DNA of 35,893 nt from positions 1-35,893 of the IMG/VR virus record IMGVR_UViG_3300010157_000016. One strand, given 5' to 3'. The position numbers were made by a program, and so were the translations under genes. Of the stretch, positions 32,736 through 35,893 are shown piece after piece (positions within the stretch are counted from its first letter, which is position 1; each line of letters begins with the position of its first letter). Source of the DNA: a virus. The notes below the pieces were generated by a model. The model made no database searches, was not told the origin of the DNA, and saw nothing but the letters and a program-made list of their open reading frames with translations.

Positions 32736-32900
32736 ATGATCAAGCTGATTATCATCACCGCCCATATCTTCCTGTTATGCGTCATGACTGTCTATTATGT
32801 ATTCCTCAAATGGATGGGTTGGGAATTTTGCTTGGGTGGATTATGGGGTATCGCCCTTATCTGGATCACCACCAGGCTCCACTATGGCAGGTGGATTTAG
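32736..32900 (+). CDS. Possible opposite-strand small two-TM membrane protein, 54 aa (TTG 32718 alternative start)
   Basis: The only plus-strand ORF in an AT-rich 280-bp gap between minus-strand virion genes. Two hydrophobic segments: IIITAHIFLLCVMTVYYVF and LGGLWGIALIWI. Confidence 0.35.
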   Translation: MIKLIIITAHIFLLCVMTVYYVFLKWMGWEFCLGGLWGIALIWITTRLHYGRWI

Positions 32901-34939
32901 CGCCTCTGCTGTCCACCAGATTCCGCTCCTATCCCAATCCCCAAAATCCTTGCCAAACCCTGCCGCTGCTGGTCAGTCATTCCCGCCGCCGTTGCTTTAC
33001 TCCTAAGCGCCTGTACGACCCCGCTATTATCGCCCTGCGTAAATAGCATTGGGGAGGCCTGATCACCAACGGCAGACGGGGGTCTCTTGAGATACCTCAC
33101 GATTGATTTAGCGGCGCTCACCGTCGCCCCCGGTATATTCCCCATAACAGCATGACCGATGGCGTTTAGCGGGTCGACTCCCATTTCATCCTGACCGCTC
33201 GTCCGGTAAGCAGTTCGGCTATTCCCGACGATCTGATTCCTGTTTTTTGCAAATTGCGCTTCACGCTCTACATCTTGAGTAAATGCAGCAAAAGATTCCT
33301 CATCTGGGAACACCGCCTGTAATTGCTGGCGGATACGGTCGTTACCAAATATGCGCCGGGTAGCGTCAGCCCCGTCCTGTGTGCGCGAGATTATTCCCTT
33401 AACTTTGTCGGCAACGCCAGCTTGGAAAAACTGCTTGTTTCCCTCGCCCATGCTATCCATGATTTTAGATAAAATGCGCGGATCAACATTGGTGAAGTCC
33501 CGGCCTTGAGACATCACATCCATAGCCTGAGATGGACCGGCCCACGCCTGCCGAGCTGCCTTATAATCGCCGTTCAGATTGTCCAATTCGGAAAGATAAG
33601 ATTTCCGAACCTGATCTATCGCCCTGCCGCGCTGGTCAAATACCGTCTTTCCTGTTACCGTATCTCGGTACTGATCAAGCATGTTATCCAGCCCGCGCTT
33701 TACCGCGTCGAGGGTCCGCATGTTTGGTACTTTGCCAAAAGTTGGGTCTCCAGCCTCATTAAAGCTGGTTATTGCCGTGTCGGTTGGGTCAAAATGCTCA
33801 CCATTGGCAAGAGCTTCGAGCCGTTGTATTTCCCGCCCCTGTCGATAGCCACTTTGGGCGATTGGGTCGTTTAAGAATTGCGTGAGCCTGTCGCTATGCA
33901 CCGGCCCGCTATCAAACGCCTGCTGATATAAGGGGGATGCGTCCTTCGATCTTTGCGCCATGAGCTGGTCTGTTGCATTGACTGTATCTGTGGAAGAAAG
34001 GTTTTTATTAACGCTATCAGATAGGCGCTGCCCCTGCCCCTCCATCCGTTCTTGCATAACCCTAGCAGCTTCAACCCCTTTTCCGGGCGTATTGGCAACC
34101 AATTCAGCATAATTCGGGATAACGTCTGCGACTGTCGATTGAGGCCCAAGTCGCCGCAATTCAGACTGGAGGTCATCAATAGTCATGCCCCGGTCTTTTA
34201 ATGCCTTCAAGATTTGCCGGGATGCCGCTGTTTCTGGCCAAAGACGATCTGAAATAGGCGAAACCGCCTTTTGAGTAAGCGATCCAAGTCCGCTTAATGC
34301 AGCGGGAACGACCGCCCCCAGAATTCCGCCAACAGTAGCGCCCTTCTCTGCTGCATTGATTCGGTTATCAATGCCGCCCTCGCCCTCGTTAAACCCAAAA
34401 ACGCCACCTTGAGCCGCGCCAATGCCTGCGTTCGTTGCAGCATTCCCCCAGCTTCCCATAGATTCCACCAGGGGGAGGCCAGCGCCTTTAATAGCAGCGC
34501 CGCCAAGAAGCCCCGTTGCCAAGGCCCCACCGCCTTCGGCGGCAAGCGACGTAACCGGGTTTTCACGCTGGTATTGATCTCTCGCCCCGCGATAGGCAGT
34601 CAGCGCCTGATCGTAAGCCTTGCCAAATGGCAGTCCGCCCGTAATTATTTCTTTCGCCGCACTAACCCCGGCCTTTAGCTCATCGCCAAGGCCCTGCAAA
34701 ACGCCTGTCCCGGCGCTGTCCATCGCGCCCCACGTCGCCCCGGCATTGGGCGTAAACCCCTTGCCCGCGACTGTCGGCGTAAACCCCTTGCCCGCGACTG
34801 TCGGCGTAAACCCCTTGCCCGCGACTGTCGGCGTAAAGCTCTTCTGGGCATAGGACACCACGTCATCATGGCTCGCATCATCGGGGGCCGTGATTTCATA
34901 TATTTGACCATTTGGAGACGTGACGCGGTACTTAGCCAT
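32897..34939 (-). CDS. Large internal-virion-type protein, 680 aa
   Basis: ATG 34939 overlaps the upstream TAA by 1 nt (track ORF trimmed). MAKYRVTSPNGQIYEITAP N-terminus, three GKGFTPTVA repeats, G/A-rich segments. Confidence 0.65.
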   Translation of the reverse strand: MAKYRVTSPNGQIYEITAPDDASHDDVVSYAQKSFTPTVAGKGFTPTVAGKGFTPTVAGKGFTPNAGATWGAMDSAGTGVLQGLGDELKAGVSAAKEIITGGLPFGKAYDQALTAYRGARDQYQRENPVTSLAAEGGGALATGLLGGAAIKGAGLPLVESMGSWGNAATNAGIGAAQGGVFGFNEGEGGIDNRINAAEKGATVGGILGAVVPAALSGLGSLTQKAVSPISDRLWPETAASRQILKALKDRGMTIDDLQSELRRLGPQSTVADVIPNYAELVANTPGKGVEAARVMQERMEGQGQRLSDSVNKNLSSTDTVNATDQLMAQRSKDASPLYQQAFDSGPVHSDRLTQFLNDPIAQSGYRQGREIQRLEALANGEHFDPTDTAITSFNEAGDPTFGKVPNMRTLDAVKRGLDNMLDQYRDTVTGKTVFDQRGRAIDQVRKSYLSELDNLNGDYKAARQAWAGPSQAMDVMSQGRDFTNVDPRILSKIMDSMGEGNKQFFQAGVADKVKGIISRTQDGADATRRIFGNDRIRQQLQAVFPDEESFAAFTQDVEREAQFAKNRNQIVGNSRTAYRTSGQDEMGVDPLNAIGHAVMGNIPGATVSAAKSIVRYLKRPPSAVGDQASPMLFTQGDNSGVVQALRSKATAAGMTDQQRQGLARILGIGIGAESGGQQRR
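34749..34837. repeat. 27-bp tandem repeat, 3.3 copies, in-frame (GKGFTPTVA x3)
   Basis: GGCGTAAACCCCTTGCCCGCGACTGTC occurs at 34749, 34776 and 34803, with a partial fourth copy. Confidence 0.9.
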
Positions 34940-35893
34940 TATTGCACCCTCTGGATAGACCATCCGCCAGCCTGTCCGCTTGGCTTGGCGATCTGATATT
35001 TCTTCTGGAGCGTTGAAAGGGTTTTCTGTGCCTCCGGCGTCAACATATCAAGTTTTGCATCTGGCCCCATTGCGGATTGATATTGGTGCCTCAAGGCATC
35101 CATGCGGGATGAAAGCAATGACGTGACTTCGGATATTGCGCCAGCAAGCTGCTCAGGGCTGCTGGACGAACTTAGCTTTTTCTGCAATGCTTGGCGTTCA
35201 GCCTCGCCCCCAGAAGATCCGACGAAAGCCTTGTTGACCTCATCCATAGCCAAATCTTTGGATAGATTAAACCGGCTCACTGCGTCTGCGCCTGTTTGGC
35301 GTCCCGCGTAATTGGCGACGGCGTTCCATGCTGGTATGGGTCCATTATGAAGCGCATCAGATGCGTCAGATGCTTCGCCAAGATGGCTGATTGCCGTATT
35401 GGCGGCGCGGATGTTCTTTGCTGCATCTCCGCTGGTAAAGTTTTTTTCTTCTGCTTGCCTTGTGGCGAAAGCCGTTCCATCCAATGCAGGGTTTGCCTTC
35501 GTCGCCTTGTCAATGACACCACCCCAAAATTCAGGGTCTTTTGACAGGGCAAAGCTTGATGGAAACTGCATTTTTCCTTCTGCAAGCAGTTTGGCGAAGT
35601 TGTCGGAGTTATTGTTATTTGCGACGGAGGCGGCACTATCATATTGATGGTTTAGCGCAATGATACTTGCCTGATTCCCATAGCTCATATTCTGCAATTG
35701 CTTTTGACGATCAAACGCTTGGCTGTCCCCCTGCTGCTGCCAGTCGTGTTGCTGAGACGCATCCTGTTGATGCCAGTCATGTTGAGTGTTCGTATCGGCA
35801 AGCATGTCCCCGCGCTGGCGAGCATAAAGCTGGTCTTGCCGGTCATTTTTAGTGTTCGTATCGGCAAGCATGTCCCCGCGCTGGCGAGCATAA
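34939..35893 (-). CDS. C-terminal part of the wrap-around virion protein (N-terminal part at 1..703)
   Basis: Track ORF 34939..35871. The frame stays open to the window end and is in phase with the 703..1 ORF through the overlap. Contains the 22-aa tandem repeat DQLYARQRGDMLADTNT... Confidence 0.6.
   Translation of the reverse strand, partial: YARQRGDMLADTNTKNDRQDQLYARQRGDMLADTNTQHDWHQQDASQQHDWQQQGDSQAFDRQKQLQNMSYGNQASIIALNHQYDSAASVANNNNSDNFAKLLAEGKMQFPSSFALSKDPEFWGGVIDKATKANPALDGTAFATRQAEEKNFTSGDAAKNIRAANTAISHLGEASDASDALHNGPIPAWNAVANYAGRQTGADAVSRFNLSKDLAMDEVNKAFVGSSGGEAERQALQKKLSSSSSPEQLAGAISEVTSLLSSRMDALRHQYQSAMGPDAKLDMLTPEAQKTLSTLQKKYQIAKPSGQAGGWSIQRVQ
35784..35893. repeat. Terminal overlap, copy 2 (identical to 1..110)
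   Basis: 110/110 identity with the window start. Confidence 0.95.

Noticed and set aside
1-35893. Prophage interpretation, with the identical ends read as attL/attR
   Set aside because: No integrase, excisionase or flanking host genes are present. The identical ends lie inside a coding tandem repeat and restore a single ORF when overlapped. This fits genome closure rather than attachment sites.

Overview
The window closes on itself (nt 1-110 are identical to nt 35784-35893), so it is a complete tailed dsDNA phage genome of about 35.8 kb. Gene content looks podovirus-like: small and large terminase, portal, scaffold, major capsid, several large low-complexity internal-virion-type proteins and one tail fibre. 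I recognised no tape-measure, tube, sheath or integrase gene. Two divergent transcription units leave a control region at about 14.3-14.5 kb. The leftward unit runs 14270 down to 1 and wraps from 35893 to 28561; it carries an HTH protein, packaging, head, tail, fibre and lysis genes. The rightward early unit runs 14509 to 28475; it carries a Cro-like regulator, a GapR/DUF2312 homologue, a VRR-NUC nuclease, DnaB, two orphan DNA methyltransferases, an IS1595-type transposase remnant, a giant pentapeptide-repeat protein and an Erf/NinB/SSB module. The two units converge near 28.5 kb. Genes are tightly packed, with many ATGA/GTGA stop-start overlaps. The GapR homologue and an apparently leaderless early gene suggest an alphaproteobacterial host (inference). 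The observations most worth follow-up are these. (1) A C5-cytosine methyltransferase gene has a +1 frame that stays open for 236 codons, has its own SD-ATG, spells motifs typical of the variable/C-terminal part of longer phage C5-MTases, and carries a G8 tract where the two frames could be exchanged. (2) A 732-aa protein made of 124 uninterrupted pentapeptide repeats is expressed from a duplicated copy of the early promoter/operator, which is followed by a leader terminator. (3) An IS1595-type transposase gene has two halves about 6.35 kb apart in opposite orientation, bounded by short inverted repeats, which suggests an inversion of the early-region segment. All product calls rest on motif recognition by eye and on synteny. 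No database search was run.
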